This document shows, one piece after another, positions 60,986 to 64,000 of a stretch of DNA of 64,000 bases; the first letter of the stretch is position 1, and each line of letters opens with the position of its first letter. The translations under genes were made by a program, and so were the position numbers. The stretch spans positions 49,414,001 through 49,478,000 of the forward strand of contig NC_042998.1 of the NCBI RefSeq assembly GCF_006345805.1, in the 5' to 3' direction. Below the pieces are notes generated by a model, which was not told the DNA's origin, did not search any database, and saw nothing but the letters and a program-made list of their open reading frames with translations. This DNA is from Octopus sinensis. Its lineage: Eukaryota.

Positions 60986-61814
60986 ACTTGGCCAAATACC
61001 AGCGCACGTGCGCACACACACACACACGCACATACACGTACACTCATGCACACGCATGCAGGCGCACACGTACGCGCGCGCGCCTACGCACGCACGCACT
61101 CCCACACCCACGCACACCCTGCATCTCTCACGTCCACGCGTACCCCACACTGTCGCGACATGTTTGAAATGTAATGCAATAAAATACTGTAGTGTAGCGT
61201 AGCGTACCGCAGGGTGCGCAAGTCGACCTCTCTGCGGGTTGGTGAAATTACTGCAGGGGAAAGGATGTTTCAAAGACAAGGATGTTATGCTTGGCGCAGC
61301 CTGAAAACTACATTACAACGCTGTGGCAGACGTTTATTTTTATCTTTTGTGAAAATTTTAAATCTTGACACGCTTTCAGCAATAAAGTAATGGCTGATGT
61401 CTTAATGTTTGTTCATAAGGCGGCGACCTACCAGCTTGTTGGGACGCCGGTCAAATTGCTTAGCGGCATTTCGCTTGTGTTTACGTTCTGAGTTCAGATT
61501 CCGCCAATGTCGGTAAAATAAGTGCCAGTTGAGCACTGGAGTCGATTTAATCGACTTATTCTTGCTGCTCCGAAATTGCTGACCTTGTTAAAGCGGTATT
61601 TATACTTGTTCGGAAAGTACTGAACCAATTAATTTTCCTGCTTTTGTCTGGAGTACTGTTTATTTTGATTACGTAAAAGCGTACATTATCTTACATATAC
61701 AAACCTACATACATAAATACATGTATATATACCACATGCAGACACGGACACACAGAGTGCTTAAGATATTTGAGGGCAGATTTATGTTTATAAAAAAGCA
61801 GATACGAAATAAGA

Positions 61815-62035
61815 GATACTCTTTTACTTGTTTCAGTCATTTGACTGTGGCCATGCTGGAGCACCGCCTTTTAGTCGAGCAAATCGACCCCAGGACATAT
61901 TCTTTGTAAGCCTAGTACTTATTCTATCGGTCTCTTTTGCCGAACCGCTAAGTTACGGGGACGTAAACACACCAGCATCGGTTGTCAAGCGATATTGGGT
62001 GGTGGTGGGGTGGACTAACACAGAAACACAAACAT

Positions 62036-62070
<35 letters not shown>

Positions 62071-62230
62071 CACATATATACGACGTGCTTTCAGTTTCCG
62101 TCTATCAAATCCACTCACAAGGCTTTGGTCGGCTCGAGGCTATAGTAAATGACACATGCCCAAGGGACTGAACCCAGAACCATGTGGTTTGTAAACAAGC
62201 TACTTTCCACACAGCCATTCCTACGCCTAT
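61815..62230 (-). mobile_element. OK/OR-like SINE, full length
   Basis: Reverse complement of the 35909-36318 family. Confidence 0.85.
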
Positions 62231-62239
62231 GATAACTTT

Positions 62240-62800
62240 ATTATTAAAAATGCTTTGAAGATAAAAATAAACCTTTCTTTTCTATGTTATTCAATAAAGC
62301 CACCTTCAACTTCAATAATTGCTTCTATACAAGATCTAAATCATCTACATACTCGAATCATGTGATCCTGGTTCATTTTAGACATTATTCAGACTATGGT
62401 GGATTTCAAAGAATCTTTGGTGTTATGGGCATGTTCATTGACCTCTCTCTCAATAACGCTCCACATGGGGAATTAGGAGGCTAAATGTTGGGAGTTATGT
62501 GATTATGAAAATTTTCAGCCATCCATTCCTGCGTTACTTGAGCCTTGTGTAATGGTGCAGAGTCTTTCTGATACACATAGGACCTTCCATTCATTGTGTA
62601 TACAGTCTGTGCTGGGTTTCCAAGACCTTAATGTAGGCGACAGCGTTAACTCTAAGGCCTTGTGGGAAGAAGTAAGGAGGCATCACATGTCTTTCATTGC
62701 TGACAACCCCTAAGACCATGACAGTTGCAGGACATTTCTGTTTGGTCCATTTTGGAGACGAGGGTCTTGAGCACCCCTCAAGCTTCGCTCGACGCTCTGA
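62240..62800 (-). mobile_element. Tc1/mariner DD37D(maT)-like transposase relic, C-terminal
   Basis: PATVMVLGVVSNE.HVMPPYFFPQGLRVNA..YIKVLE; YVYQKDSAP.HKA..TQEWMAENF...EGGFIE*. Confidence 0.85.
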
Positions 62801-63099
62801 AAACAAAACTGCGCCAGGAATGGGCTTCGGAAGAGTCTGTACATAACCATCTATCATTTCTTCCGTTAACTTTATAATCTTAGTCGAAGTTTTTCTCGTC
62901 TGAGAGAAGTCAAATCAAATCTTCTTCTACTGGTTTTTTCAGTTTGTTTAAGAGCCTTTTAGTTTTGATGTAGCGATTTTCTTTTGCTTTTTCTGACATA
63001 AATTGACCTATCCTCATCATATTTGGGGGAAAATTACTATCCCGAAATATAACAACGTATATATTTATCCATTATATATGTGCGTGTGGAATGTATAAA

Positions 63100-64000
63100 T
63101 AGGGTGTTCCAAAATTAAAGAAACCAACTCTTTTCAATTTTGCCACAGCAAAATCTTATAATATTTCGGGTCCGAGCGTAGCAATGCAATGCTAAGGAAA
63201 CACAATTATGACTCTACCGGATTTATTCGATATGGCCACCTCTGTTTCGAATCAGAACCATTAAGTCTTCACACACGACACGCAGCCGTTCTTGCGAATC
63301 GAAGCCCATTCCTGGCGGAGTTTTGTCAGAGCGTCGAGCAAAACGTGAGGCGTGCTCGAGAGCCTCGTCTCCAAAATTGGCCAAACAGAAAAGTTCAACG
63401 GGTTGGATCAGAGCTTCTTGAGGGCCATACATCCTTGCCTATGAACGACGGAATGTTTTTCTGAATCCAGTGTTGTGTTTGTTTGGAGGCTGTGGGATGG
63501 TGTTGAATCCTGTTGAAGGCTTTAAGGTGCGTCTTGAAAATTCTCATTCACCCATGGAAACAGCTCAGCTTCCAGATTGTCGCCAACGATTTTAACACCC
63601 GAGGGCACAAAAACGAGGGGAGACCTTTCAGTGGCTGTCACAGACACCCAAACCATAACCAATTATAGATTTTGACGTTGATTTACGAGCCAGATGCACT
63701 CTAAAGTCGGTCATTGAGTGATTTACTGTCTGTTCGATGTCAAATTTCTATTCATCAGTGAACACCAGGTGGGCAGCGTGCCTTCAGCAATCTGACACAG
63801 GATAAGATGACTTTTTTCCGGTCTCATGGCCTTGTAAACTTGAGTGTGCTCATAACAGTGAATCAGAAATCAATACATCGATGTTCGGCTTATTTTTGCT
63901 GTGACAGCCAGTCTTCGGACGGAACGACTAGGATGTCGTCGTATCTTTTACCTGGTACTTTTGATAAACTGAGGGGTTCACACACTTCTTTTTTGGCCAC
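63100..64000 (-). mobile_element. Second DD37D(maT)-like element (continues beyond right edge)
   Basis: TIR-like agggtgttccaaaattaaagaaacc at 63100. VMVWVSVTATERSPLVFVPSGVK, QQDSTPSH, RNRGGHIE*. Confidence 0.85.

Overview
Repeat-saturated, AT-rich eukaryotic DNA. It is most likely an octopus/cephalopod genome; this is an inference from the tRNA-derived SINE families (recognised from memory) and the extreme microsatellite density. I could not support any host protein-coding gene. The window contains nested mobile elements: three Tx1/L1-clade LINEs (one full-length with a 17-bp TSD, one with an intact endonuclease running off the left edge, one 3' remnant), a cluster of R4/Dong-type restriction-endonuclease LINEs among triplet microsatellites, an RTE LINE with a triple C2H2 tail, a CR1 3' end, many Penelope-like (PLE) fragments, a 1275-bp mariner nested in a PLE ORF, two DD37D/maT-like transposase relics, hAT MITEs, Helitron-like elements and three SINE families. 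The most interesting signals are RNA-structural. (1) A UNCG-tetraloop hairpin is conserved in the otherwise dissimilar 5' UTRs of two diverged Tx1 elements. (2) A minimal hammerhead ribozyme has a U3-A8 compensatory core, and the full-length Tx1 sits just upstream of it in the same orientation. (3) Further minimal hammerhead-like motifs have variant cores. (4) Two near-perfect fold-back palindromes are present. Most short ORFs in the supplied track are microsatellite or antisense artefacts. Boundaries of degenerate elements are approximate, and no alignments or searches were run.
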